From Sporopachydermia quercuum (lineage: Eukaryota): a stretch of 64,000 bases of DNA. Below, piece by piece: positions 12,503 through 24,033 of this stretch. Both the position numbers and the translations under genes were made by a program. Location of the stretch: positions 558,001-622,000 of the forward strand of contig BCGN01000009.1 of assembly GCA_001599295.1 (NCBI GenBank). Reading direction: 5' to 3'. The notes below the pieces were generated by a model that was not told the origin of the DNA, searched no databases, and saw nothing but the letters and a program-made list of their open reading frames with translations. Position 1 is the stretch's first letter, and each line of letters opens with the position of its first letter.

Positions 12503-13624
12503 AAAGCATTAACTATCATAGAAGTGAACAATTAATATAAGAAATATAATGGAGAATTAGGTGTGAAGTATTATCCGTTTTAATGTAATGTAGTCAGCAG
12601 AAAAGTAAATATTCGAATCCCCTATAATCCTCGATTACTTCTACAATCTTGCTTCTACAGTTAAATCCACGTAAACGAAAGTTCGATGAATCAAACAAAA
12701 CATATATTCGACAATTTATATACAGGAAATGTAGTAGACCACGACCACTAAGATTTCAACTCTCGAAAACCTAATGCTATTCTCAAAGATCCACACGATC
12801 CACACAATGAAAGAACTCACGAGGTAATGTAAGGGTACATTCTGTGGCTTAATCTTCTCCATAACCAGAACCCAAGAGCTATTGATAATATTTCAGTCAA
12901 TTGGGGCAGAAACAGGAGTTTTGATAAGAAGAAAATAGATGTTAAAATAATGTAAAAAGTAATCCAGTGAAGGGAACATGATGTTGAAACAAAAACACTC
13001 GATGATGAGCTTCGCTGTATTCGTGCTATATAATTAGTCGACTCATTTAGTTTGGTTAGTACACAATTTGATGTGAATTCAAAGGTCAGGAAAGGCCAAT
13101 AACATCTAGAATGATGAATTGGAGTAACTAGAATATTGATAGCAATTGGAAATGAACTAATAGTAAAAGGGACTTTGATGGAAAAGAAGAAACTTGCATG
13201 AAAATTTGTAATTTATAGTGGAACTCTGATTTAACGAGGTTCGCAGGTATGATATATACAACAGTATGTAATATTGGACACGGTCATGGTGATGAAGGAA
13301 TTACAAGGATATTGAGAAGTTATGACTGGAGGCCCACACAAAAAGTTCTAACAGCCACTTAGCTTGTTCTGACTTGTACTTGCTGAGATTAAATCCTGTA
13401 CCAAAAACGTGACCTGAAGGTTCTTCTCCTGCTCGCTGGCCTAGATTACGAATCTCATCGCTAATATCGCATTCCCGTTATAGTCATAGTGGATAAACGG
13501 TAGCTTAACCATTTTACTAAATAGCAGAATCCCAATTGACACGTACAACTATCTACAAAACTGGCACAGGGTTTAGTCTTACACAAGAAAGCATCTCTCT
13601 TTCACAGCCACAACAGAAATTATC

Positions 13625-14710
13625 ATGGGAGTTGTATCAGCCTCAGTGACTATTGGGCTACTTGGGATTGGCATCAGTTTATACAGCTACTATACGCCTG
13701 GAACTTTAGAACCCTCAATTAATATTTTTCAGGAAAGATTTCTATCCATCTATAGAATATTTATCGACAATGTTCCACTGATATTATCTTTGTTTACAAA
13801 AATCTTTAGCTTTTGTAGGGTTATGTCTACCTGGGCTAGTTGCAGTATTCTCCAATTCAGCAGCTATGCCTTAAACAAAGGATATAAAGGATTCAACATA
13901 ATGTTGAAATGTTGGGTAATTATTTTATCGCCAGTTTGGGTCTGGGGTTACATCATGTTTTATACAACAATATATCCTTTGACATATCCTATATTGCTGG
14001 TTTATTATTGGCTTACAGCTGATAATTTTACGGGCTTATGGTTCCTTTATACCTTTTTCGGGGTAGCAATTATTATGGGGATGGTGATGGGAATGNTTTC
14101 TGGCGTTGTGATATTATTGGTAGGAAATATAGTAAAGGTAAGCTGGGAGAATAAGAATAAACACAATACATTACAAACTTCATGGAAATTGACCGAAGAC
14201 ACCTTGAAGAAAAATCTATCTGGTGAGATTGAATTAGAAGTGGAGCATCTGAATGCCCTTTGGAAGCGGGCTGAAGAGAAAGAAACGTCTATATCAAGAA
14301 AAGGAAAACGACGCTATCCACTATCACCAGAACCTGAAGCAGATTCAACCACAGACACTGCCAGCACTTATAAGTTATTTGATTCGTCGTTGACGCCGTC
14401 CAGAAGTTCTAATGATGAACATACATTGATCAGTAGTAACAGGACAATCACTCTTACTGATGATACCNATTTAACTGTTCCTTCGACATCTACTCAAAGT
14501 CCTGTCATTTTACAGAGGAAATTCAGCGACTCTAACCTACACACGAAATCTCATAGAAACCAGAAGATTACTTCGACAATAAATCTAGAGAACTATTTGG
14601 ACAATGTTGTGTATCGGAATGGTGGGAGATTGATAACCAGTCCAGTGCTGAAACGACCACTGAGTAAAGAGGAACTGATACAGTACTTGGATAAAACTGA
14701 GGAAGAATGA
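13625..14710 (+). CDS. Membrane protein, probable Ldb16-like seipin partner, 361 aa
   Basis: Hydrophobic N-terminal half (FLYTFFGVAIIMGMVMG...) and Ser/Thr-rich tail. Lies just downstream of VMA9 on the same strand, as LDB16 does in S. cerevisiae. Orthology is inferred only. Confidence 0.5.
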   Translation: MGVVSASVTIGLLGIGISLYSYYTPGTLEPSINIFQERFLSIYRIFIDNVPLILSLFTKIFSFCRVMSTWASCSILQFSSYALNKGYKGFNIMLKCWVIILSPVWVWGYIMFYTTIYPLTYPILLVYYWLTADNFTGLWFLYTFFGVAIIMGMVMGMXSGVVILLVGNIVKVSWENKNKHNTLQTSWKLTEDTLKKNLSGEIELEVEHLNALWKRAEEKETSISRKGKRRYPLSPEPEADSTTDTASTYKLFDSSLTPSRSSNDEHTLISSNRTITLTDDTXLTVPSTSTQSPVILQRKFSDSNLHTKSHRNQKITSTINLENYLDNVVYRNGGRLITSPVLKRPLSKEELIQYLDKTEEE

Positions 14711-17302
14711 TGTACTCTTGTTATGAACAGTGTGTATTGTAATTTTTAATGAATTGGGCAGCTTTAATGATTGTTAACCGTTATTTGTAGATACTTTTTT
14801 TGTTGATATACGCCTCATTCAAGTAAGGTTTCGTATAAAGATAGGGTTTAGAAGTTGATGTTCTTTCAAACTCTATTTATAAAATAGGAAACTATGTCTC
14901 ACGTGAAATTTACTTGTAGATGAGGTGCATGTGTCTACCCAAACTCTGACAGCAGCCAACAAGAAGACCCAAACCGACCTCTAGCAGTATCGACCTATTG
15001 ATAGTGGCAATGCCTCCAGCTAGAAGACTACATTAATTAATCTCAACAATTAAATAAGAGAAATACTATCAAATAGGATATTTAATGATGGCACTGTCAG
15101 TTGAATCTTCGTCTAATACCGCAACCCAGACGGGCCTTGATCTAATCTCAGGTACTTACTGGTGAAAGTAAACTCCATTATTGTGGTTTGCCTGACGGCT
15201 GCTAGCCGTTCAAATAACTTACATATTCTTCCAACCAACGGCTTAATTATAAATGAAAAATAACAATTGACGTATAGATTTCTCTACATGATAACTGAAA
15301 GCAAATACCAGGTTTTTTCTGGAGATGAACAATGTATAAATGACTTCCGCAGTCCTCAGGAGTTATCAGAAGCGTACGCTCTGACAGCAGTATTAACTGC
15401 CTTGTTTTATTACATATGATCTTATCTTCCATATTGCTTTTTTGAATTTTCGGGCAAAAATTCTAGCTTGGAAATGCCCTTGTTCATTTTCATTGAAATT
15501 TCGCTGAATAGAACTCGTCGTATTCCCCATCTTTCAATACAATACATTCAACCCTTCCCTGGCACAGTCTTACAATACGTCCGAATCGGACACACTGCAA
15601 ATTACCTGACAGATTTTTTTGTTCTTCTCTACGACCTAATAATTGAAGAACATCTGACTCGATCCTTGAAATATAATTGATATGTTGGGTGGAATCTACA
15701 GTCAATATACTACAGAGGACTACAACTAAATAACTGAGCAGTTTTGGTTAATCATTCAGAAAATTTTCAGTCTTCGAACCAAACACAAGTTGTAGGAGTG
15801 TGTGTACGTAGAGTAAAAGCCGTGTTTGTGCTTATGAACATTGAATCGTGAACCCGATTTGACTTTTTCTATTGATATTACGTAACTTTTAAAATAAAAG
15901 CTTCTACATTGTTATATATGATATGTATTTATTTATTTAAGCGGGTATCAAGTTCGTGATTGAGCCGAATACCAAATTTCCCATTTTGAGCATGTACAAC
16001 TGAATATTCACTCAAGCTTTTGTTAATCGGCATTTCGTCCATTTGTTCTGTCAACAAACTCCTCATCGTTTAGTGTGACATTGAAATTTCTATTATTTAC
16101 ATTATTCATGATTATCAAGCTAAGAGTCAGACAAAGCTCTTAAACCTTGACATTGTTTTTCCACATTGTTTAAGAAACAGACACGCTGCACATGATCGGC
16201 CAGAGTTAATATTCGAAGTTCCGAAGTAGTACTAACTAAATTTACATAAAAACTCCCCAATATAGATTTATCAATCTTTTAACTGCCAGGTTTCGTTATC
16301 AATCTGTATCAATTTATTACCATTTAACACTACCTCGTGCCTACGCATTTAAACTACATTATCAATATAAAGTTTAAACCTTAATTTAATGACCATTTAA
16401 ACCTTAAACGTTATTCTGATTCTAGTGTTTCTGTCACATTTGTCTCACTTCTTTCTTCCACACAGATTTATTCCTCACCTTCTAAAAATCCTCTTCATCA
16501 CCTCAACCCATCAACCGGGCACCCAGCATCCAAGTAATTGCTTTCATATAGAATAACCAATACACCCCGAAAATACACCAATAAGACCATTCAATAATCG
16601 CCATTTCACTTGGTGCTCAAACATACCAGTCCAAGTAGTTTCTGCTTGAGAACCTCCTGACATTTGCTTGTTTCTCAGCTTTTACTCCTTGTGAGTAAAC
16701 CCTTCCTTGGATTGATAGGGTCCACACATTCATTCGATCAACAGCTGAACAACTGAACGAAAATCTGAGCTGTATTATAGTACTATCACCAAATTGTTGT
16801 TTTTTTCTCAATAAAGCACAGGAACAGGTTTTTATATCCACTTTATTCTCATTTAGTTGTCTTAGCGCCCAGTGGCTGTTCACCTCTAAGTGATCCCAAT
16901 AGCCACTATCTGCCATAGCAAACATAGTAAGTCTAGCAAGCATAACATACCATAGAAGTGTTGAATCTGGCCGAGCTTTGGATACAACTTTGTGTTAGAG
17001 ATCAAGCAATCAACAGTGTGAGATCACAGCTGCATATATTGATTGGATTCTTTCATAGATACCCGCAGTTAATTCAATCGAGTACCACAAACAACTAACC
17101 NTGTTAAAGAACTCAAAGGATCCAACCGCTTCTTTACGTTGATAATTAGTTGTGGACATTGAACTCAAATAGAACGTTTTAGAATCGCAGTAAATAAAGA
17201 AACAAACAATCCGTCACTGTAATTTATCTCACCGTCAAAATACCANTATCAACGTATTATCGGGAGATTCTCATACAGCCATCACTATACAACCAACATT
17301 TG

Positions 17303-19510
17303 ATGCCATTGAACTCCCTAGTATATGATCCAGCATTTGACGCCCCTGGAACCGGTATTAAATCACTGAGCATTAACGACGAAACGATTACTTCCAGTAT
17401 GCAGGCACCAAACTCTCCTAACGGCAACTCTCCCATGTCAACTGCATCTATTTATATGAATGCTGACATTTCACGATCTACGTCAAATCTACTGGGAATG
17501 AGAAAGAAGGCCCAGAGGAGCACAATATCAGGCCTGGCTGCTAATGATGATTCTCTACCAGTCTCTCCTGTGAAATCATCATCTTCAGCTGCCAATCCAC
17601 AATCTTTGACTTCATCAACCAGAGACTCTGAAGAACCTGTGAAGAAGACCAAAGAAAGATCATCAACAGTGAGCAGATTATCCCGTTTTATCCCTGGGGC
17701 TTCTAAAGTGCATTTACGGTTAAACCATCAAGACGAACGAGAAAAGGAAAAAGAGAAGGAAGAGGAGAATGAAAAGGAGAAAGAGAGAAGTAAAACAGCA
17801 CATGTAAAGCAAGGAAGAGCATACGGCCGAAGGAGCAATTCTGTCTCCACCGCTGATCTTCCAGGACATATTTACCTTAGCGATAGACCAGTTTATGATG
17901 CGAGCTCGAGCTTGTCTCCTCATGGTACAGGAGCCAAAATAAGGGCTACTGGTGGTTCCTCTGCTTCATCTATCTCTTCGTTATCCTCAGGAACGAGTTC
18001 TGTTACTGCCCTAACAGCTTCGGATACTGCATCCACAACGAAGCACCAAAAAGTCTCCGGGGTGCATCATTCAGCAACCATTTCAGCTTCTAGTAAAGAG
18101 AAATACTTTGCCAGAAGGAACTCCGACGAGAAATCCCCTTCTTTAACTCCAACAGGATCCATTGCAACTTCTTCTTCTGGCGCAACTGCCACCTCCCGCA
18201 ACGGTTCTGACGTGCATAGAAGCGCCTCCATTTCGTCCTCAGGGTTAAGCAAAAACCATCATCAGTCGCGATTTATTGTCCTGGATAATGGCTCGCATAT
18301 CCACAACCTGAAAAACACAAAACGGCAAGAAAAGCTGAGCCATTTGATCAAAGACCTCATTGGCGGGAAACGAGCGCGAGACGAAGCAGTGTCCGCCGTG
18401 CCAGAGCTTCTCAAAGAAATCATGCCCCAAACCATAGGGAAGAGCCCCCAGGAGCCACAGAGTCCGCTTGGCACACCGCTTGGTACACCCATTGGCACAC
18501 AGGAGTCTTCAGGATCTGGTAGACCGGGGTCCAAACAACCACCACTCCTGATCTCCAATTTGATCAACAACGTGGAGTCTGGCAGCGAGCTCTTCTATGG
18601 GTCCTCCAACGTGAATCCTGCTACAGACGTCCGGCCTTTTTTTGAGAAATACGGCCGGTGCCAAGAAGTAGTTGGCCGGGGTGCCTTTGGCGTAGTACGC
18701 ATCTCCCATAAAATCGACCCAGCGTCCAACAAGGAAACTCTGTATGCTGTGAAAGAGTTCAAGAAGAGACCGCACGAGGACGAAAAGCTTTACTCCCGCA
18801 GACTTACCAGCGAGTTTTGTATCAGCTCAGGCCTCAAGCACGTCAATATCATCAACTGTTTAGACCTTTTGAAGGACGTGAAAGGCGAATACTGTGAAGT
18901 CATGGAGTTCTGCGACGGTGGGGACCTTTACTCTCTTGTTATATCCTATGGCAAACTGGAATATCTGGAGGCGGACTGTTTTTTTAAACAGATTATGACG
19001 GGGGTCAATTTCATGCATGAAATGGGCGTGAGTCATNGAGATCTAAAGCCGGAAAACCTGCTTCTGACGTCAAACGGAACTATCAAAATAACAGATTTCG
19101 GCAGTGCCGAATGCTTTAAAATGGCATGGGAACGGGAAGTACATTTGAGCCAAGGTCTGTGCGGGAGCTCGCCTTATATTGCGCCCGAGGAGTACGTGAG
19201 TAAAACGTTTGATCCCCGGCCATTGGATGTCTGGGCGTGCGGTATAATTTATATGGCCATGCGAACGGGGAGACAACTGTGGGAAACGGCAAACAGCAAC
19301 GACGAATTCTATCAGCATTATTTGAAGGGCCGGAAGAAGGAAAGTGGCTATGAGCCTATTGAGAGTCTGAAACGGGCGCGCTGTCGTAATGTGATTTATT
19401 CCATATTGGATCCTGTGCCAGAACGGAGGCTGACGGCAAAGCAGGTGTTGAACAGTGAATGGGGGCGAGAAATTAGAGTATGTGAAGCGGGATTGCATGG
19501 TTGTTATTAG
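17303..19510 (+). CDS. SAT4: Hal4/Sat4-family Ser/Thr kinase, 735 aa
   Basis: Kinase motifs GRGAFG, YAVKEF, SEFCISSGL, HxDLKPEN, DFG, GSSPYIAPEE, plus the Hal4-type HNLKNTKRQEKL segment. First ATG at 17303. Confidence 0.85.
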   Translation: MPLNSLVYDPAFDAPGTGIKSLSINDETITSSMQAPNSPNGNSPMSTASIYMNADISRSTSNLLGMRKKAQRSTISGLAANDDSLPVSPVKSSSSAANPQSLTSSTRDSEEPVKKTKERSSTVSRLSRFIPGASKVHLRLNHQDEREKEKEKEEENEKEKERSKTAHVKQGRAYGRRSNSVSTADLPGHIYLSDRPVYDASSSLSPHGTGAKIRATGGSSASSISSLSSGTSSVTALTASDTASTTKHQKVSGVHHSATISASSKEKYFARRNSDEKSPSLTPTGSIATSSSGATATSRNGSDVHRSASISSSGLSKNHHQSRFIVLDNGSHIHNLKNTKRQEKLSHLIKDLIGGKRARDEAVSAVPELLKEIMPQTIGKSPQEPQSPLGTPLGTPIGTQESSGSGRPGSKQPPLLISNLINNVESGSELFYGSSNVNPATDVRPFFEKYGRCQEVVGRGAFGVVRISHKIDPASNKETLYAVKEFKKRPHEDEKLYSRRLTSEFCISSGLKHVNIINCLDLLKDVKGEYCEVMEFCDGGDLYSLVISYGKLEYLEADCFFKQIMTGVNFMHEMGVSHXDLKPENLLLTSNGTIKITDFGSAECFKMAWEREVHLSQGLCGSSPYIAPEEYVSKTFDPRPLDVWACGIIYMAMRTGRQLWETANSNDEFYQHYLKGRKKESGYEPIESLKRARCRNVIYSILDPVPERRLTAKQVLNSEWGREIRVCEAGLHGCY

Positions 19511-19727
19511 AGAAGGTGGCTTATAGTAACGGAAAGTTGTAGATTAGCTTAGGTGCTGGGAACTGGAAGAAGAAGAGTGTAGATGTAATGTACATCAAAG
19601 GAAAGGATTTAACGGTGTAGCGGTGGTGGAGATGAATTAATTTACTGAGTTTTGACTGAGTGAATTTCTGGGAGGTATAGTAACTATGAATGTAATTGGT
19701 GTTGAGAGTCTTTTGGCTAATGTTATA

Positions 19728-19751
19728 GATGATGATGATGATGATGATGAT
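19728..19751. repeat. (GAT)8 microsatellite
   Basis: Read directly, downstream of the SAT4 stop. Confidence 0.9.
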
Positions 19752-20233
19752 GTATTGATATGTATTTTATCATAGGCGAATACCATTTATCCATACATTT
19801 ATATCTAATAGAGTAAAAAGCAAAGCAGAGAATGGCATAGTGGAGCCTAGCATAAAGAAAGAATCTACTTAGTAGTTTATGCTTTAATCCTTCTAAGACT
19901 AAAGGAGAATGTCATTAAATGAAAGTACATCTTTGCGTCTGCTAATATATCATATACATCAGATTATTACGGAGAACCTCACTTTGTCCAAACCTTCAGC
20001 TAGAATGTGTATAATCATGGAAGTTTCTCATCATTTCCAACAATATTTAGATCATGTTCTTTTTATCGTTTATCCATATTGATTATTATCATCAGTATTT
20101 TATTCAAAATATCCTCTAAATACCTTTATACTTTTCCATCAGCGCTAAGCAGTTAATGAATTAGCTCACTTAGCTCAATNTCAAAAGTTCATATTAAACT
20201 CGTATATCATAAATTCGGAAAATTCCGAAGTAC

Positions 20234-20330
20234 GGGAGTGTGGCCGAGTGGTCTAAGGCGCCAGCTTCAGGTTTTGTTCTTGAGTTTGCTGGTCTCGAAA
20301 GAGGCGTGAGTTCGAACCTCACCGCTCTCA
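20234..20330 (+). tRNA. tRNA-Leu(CAG) with a 15-nt intron (20272-20286)
   Basis: Acceptor GGGAGTG/CGCTCTC with discriminator A73, A-box TGGCCGAGTGG, anticodon stem CCAGC/GCTGG with loop TT-CAG-G^T, variable arm CTC-GAAA-GAG, T-arm GTGAG-TTCGAAC-CTCAC, T5 terminator at 20337-20341. Confidence 0.93.
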
Positions 20331-21307
20331 ATATTATTTTTGAGAAAAATGTAAAGCCAACTTTTTCTTTTTGAGGGAGTGACAAGAGAGCTTGTGGTCG
20401 ACTTTTCATGCTTTGAGAAAGTGAAAGAATAAATTTATTATATTTGAAGAGCTTTTTCATGGTTTGAGAGTAGGGGTTGATGTAAATGTGTTGAAAGGTA
20501 GTGGTGAACGGTGTATAAAGTTTGAAGTAAAATTGAGAGTATATGCATGTATGAAATAAGGTTTGAGAATTTAAGATGAAGATCAATCTAGATTAGAATA
20601 GTGAATATGATTTAAGCGGATATTTGCCATAATAGAGTGGCTAGATAGCATTGTTTAGTCTAGCCGAGGATAATTTAATAAAATAGTTTCAGATTGAACT
20701 GTGAGTATCTTTGCTAAAGATCCCATTCAACAAATCCATTGCAAAGAGGGACCTGAAAGTAAACATATGAAAGTATCCATAACGGGCAAGAAATATCTGA
20801 ACTGTAAATATAAAGTCATGAACGTTATTCCGATCTTTGTCTACGTACTTCAATCTATCTTAAATACCACTATTAAACTTATATATCTCTACTGAAGTTA
20901 TTATGTTCCTCCTTATATAAGCAGCAGAGATGTTTTCATTACTTCCAAATATTTGTTGCTTATCGCATAGCGCTTACCTACAACTCAATCACACTCAAAC
21001 AACACTGATCATAAAGTTATAGTTCAAAATAAGCTCAAATTTAATACCTCTTTCTTTCAGCAAACAAAAAATTAGTTACTATGTAAAACTTTCTTTCTGT
21101 AGTGATAAAACGGAAAATCCTTTCAAGCACATAGAAATGCAAGTGGTTTACTTGTCAGATAAGGTATTCAAAGTGCCATACTGCTGAATAGTTAACTAAA
21201 CAGTAGATAATTTGAAGATAAGATAGTTAGTTTTTTTCAGTTCTCATTGATTATAGTTTCAGGATTTCTACTGTTTTATATTCTCCATAGATATCGTATA
21301 GTTAACT

Positions 21308-22605
21308 ATGGTGAAGAAAGGTATGCAGAATAAGTGTGTGATGGGAACTGAGGCTGTAACACAGCATTGATTAGCTGGCTGATGATAATGATTGATAAGA
21401 ATGTTTTCTTTCATTGCTGTTTGATAGCTGATGATTGCAAGAGTATTATCATATTGATTAAAAACTCAAAATAGGCGCTTACTACAAAGCAGCAGCCAGT
21501 TGTAATCACTTGCTATCTTGTTAATATCCCATGCCAGTAGCATATTATTTCTAATCATCAACTTCAAACAGGTATACTAACACCTTCTATCTTTACAGTA
21601 TCATATAGAAGTCGAGCAGCACGAAGAGGTGAAGTTCCTGATCTTGAAAAAGATTTAAAAGCAGTTCCCAGAGCAACTGATACTGAATGTAAGTATTTAC
21701 GTCCCTAGGAGAAAGTTCTTTGTTTTTGATTCAATTATGGGTATGAAGATGATTTGATAGCATTTATGCTTTCCATTACTTATCATGAGCCATATCTTCA
21801 AATATAAGATATGAGCTGTACTATATTCAACAGTCTGTAACTGCCGGTAAATGGTTGAAATACAGCAAATAATTCGTTACTTTCATCATTTATACGTATC
21901 AAGTCAGATTGAATCAGCTATATAACTACTGATTTCTTTTCATACTCTCCCAATAGAAAACATCAATGATCTATTTATCAAATACTTTATCTCTCTACAA
22001 TCTAAACTTTCAGTTTATTATCACTTTTACTGGCTTTCCTTTACTAACAGAGCATATTTTCAGCTCTTGATGGTAAAACAAGAGTCCAAGCACATATTGC
22101 CTCGTTATCAGCAAGAGGTGTCTTGAACGATAACGGCAATAAAATCCAGAAACCAAGCAAAGGCAAAGCTAATAANTTATCATTATTGCTGTCGAACGAT
22201 GCTAACAAAAAGAAGAGGAAACTGAAATTGAAATCGAGCAAAGAAAAAATTGAAAAGCAGGTGAAAGCTTATAGGAACACTGATATTCTACAGAGTAAAA
22301 TTGAGAAAAGTATCGAAAGATATAAACTTGTGCAGAACAATTCTAGAAGGAAAAACTGGGATAATATTAATGAAGAAATTAGGAAAGATATAACTGTTGT
22401 TACTACTCAAGCTCCCGTTTTATTAGGAGACAACCCAGAAGATGATGGAAATAAAGAGAAGAGTATTGATGGTGATGATTGGGAAGATATGGTAGACGAA
22501 GATGAAGAAGAGGAAGAAGAGGACGAGAAAAATGGCCATAGGGGCTGGAATTCGATGAAGAATAGGAACGCTTTTTCTTTGTTGGAATCAGATATTGAAA
22601 TATAG
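21308..22605 (+). CDS. ECM1: Pre-60S factor Ecm1 (Alb1 family), 3 exons, 214 aa
   Basis: Exons 21308-21320, 21599-21688, 22064-22605 give MVKKVSYRSRAARRGEVPDLEKDLKAVPRA...RRKNWDNINEEI...NRNAFSLLESDIEI, matching the Ecm1 SRAAR, WD and C-terminal motifs. Confidence 0.82.
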
Positions 22606-24033
22606 CGATAAGTTGGGGGAAAAGTGAAGAATGCTGAAGACGGAAACATATTGATTGGATTGCGAGTTAATGGGCTGACGATGGTGCTACCGTTGATATA
22701 ATCGATCATGATACACTTATGAGTAAAGCAATGAAATACAATGCAATACAATTTAAGATATTCATATGCTTTTCAAAAGCTCTAATTGTTAAGCACAATT
22801 AATAAAAGGATGTCCAGACTGTAGAATTTGGTTCCCGTAGAACCAGCGTGAATTCATGACATATTTTCCTTACTGAAAAGATGACTCATCAAAAAGTACT
22901 AAAATAATAATCCTTCAAACAGGGATAATACAGTGACAATCATTGCAAAACATTGAATGATCTCTTTGTTTTTACTCAAACTGAAAAGCAGGGTCTGTGA
23001 TAATTGAATCCTTTCAGTTACTAAGCCCTTATAAGCTCAATTATTATTTTATAGATACTGTTTTTTGTTTTATTCCTTAAGTGCTATTGAACAATTTTTA
23101 ATAAGTAAACAAAAATCTAAAACCCATCGGCGTAAATAAATTTTGCGAATCAATAAATAAATAAAGTAAGAAGAAAGAAATAACAAAATTATAGATGAGT
23201 AAAAGTAGAAAGCAAGTAAGAAAAAATGTAAGAAATTTCGTATCAGTCAAGCTAATACAAAGAACGAGTAAAAAGACAACGAAATAAATGTAAATAAAAA
23301 GGAAGAAAAAAGAGTCAATGAGAAGAAAAGAAATAATGAACTGGATTGTTAATAAATGCAAGAATCCCCATAACCAAATGCATAATAATAAACAACAAGG
23401 AAATAAGAAGAAAAGATGGGAAGATAAACAGTAAATAATGATTGAAACGTGACTAAGAAAGAAAAAAATGAACTGTTGAATGAATTTACGATGGATTATC
23501 TGCCAATCGTTTTATCCTCACAATTTATGTCGATAATTACCAGCTTGACTGACTTCTTCTACTAGAAATCCAAAAGAGGCATTATGGTTAAAGAAGAAAA
23601 TTAAGCAATGTGCAGTAGCAGGAAGCTTGAAATACGGAAAACATTGTCACAGGAAATATCTCAAAGAAGAATCAGCGAGCATCAAATAGTTAAGTCAGGA
23701 CAATAAACCAGAAACAATAAACCATCAAAGCAATTTCAAATAAAGCAACTTATCATAAATCATACTGCAAATAATTGACAGTATCTTTATAATCATTACA
23801 ATAATTGATTAAATGCTCCCAACATCATTTATTGTGATTTATGCAATTTTTTTAATTATTGCGCTGCTTTCCCCTTCCATATTTGATTTGCAAAAACTAA
23901 TTTTTGTCATTCATTCTGTTCCGTCACAAAATTTCAATCTTATTAATTATTGCATGAAAAGCTCATAGAACCCTTCATTTGCTGCCGTTACTTTTCTATC
24001 AACAAATACTCAACGAATGATCNGCCAACCAAA

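Noticed and set aside
14898..15020. Point centromere (CDEI-like TCACGTGA)
   Set aside because: No very AT-rich CDEII or CCG-containing CDEIII at the expected spacing, and the lineage looks non-Saccharomycetaceae.
15100..15705. Possible retrotransposon relic (ORFs 15247-15432 and 15490-15705)
   Set aside because: No recognisable gag, RT or integrase motif and no LTR ends.
20194..20586. 130-aa ORF antisense to the tRNA
   Set aside because: Spurious frame across the tRNA gene and AT-rich flank.
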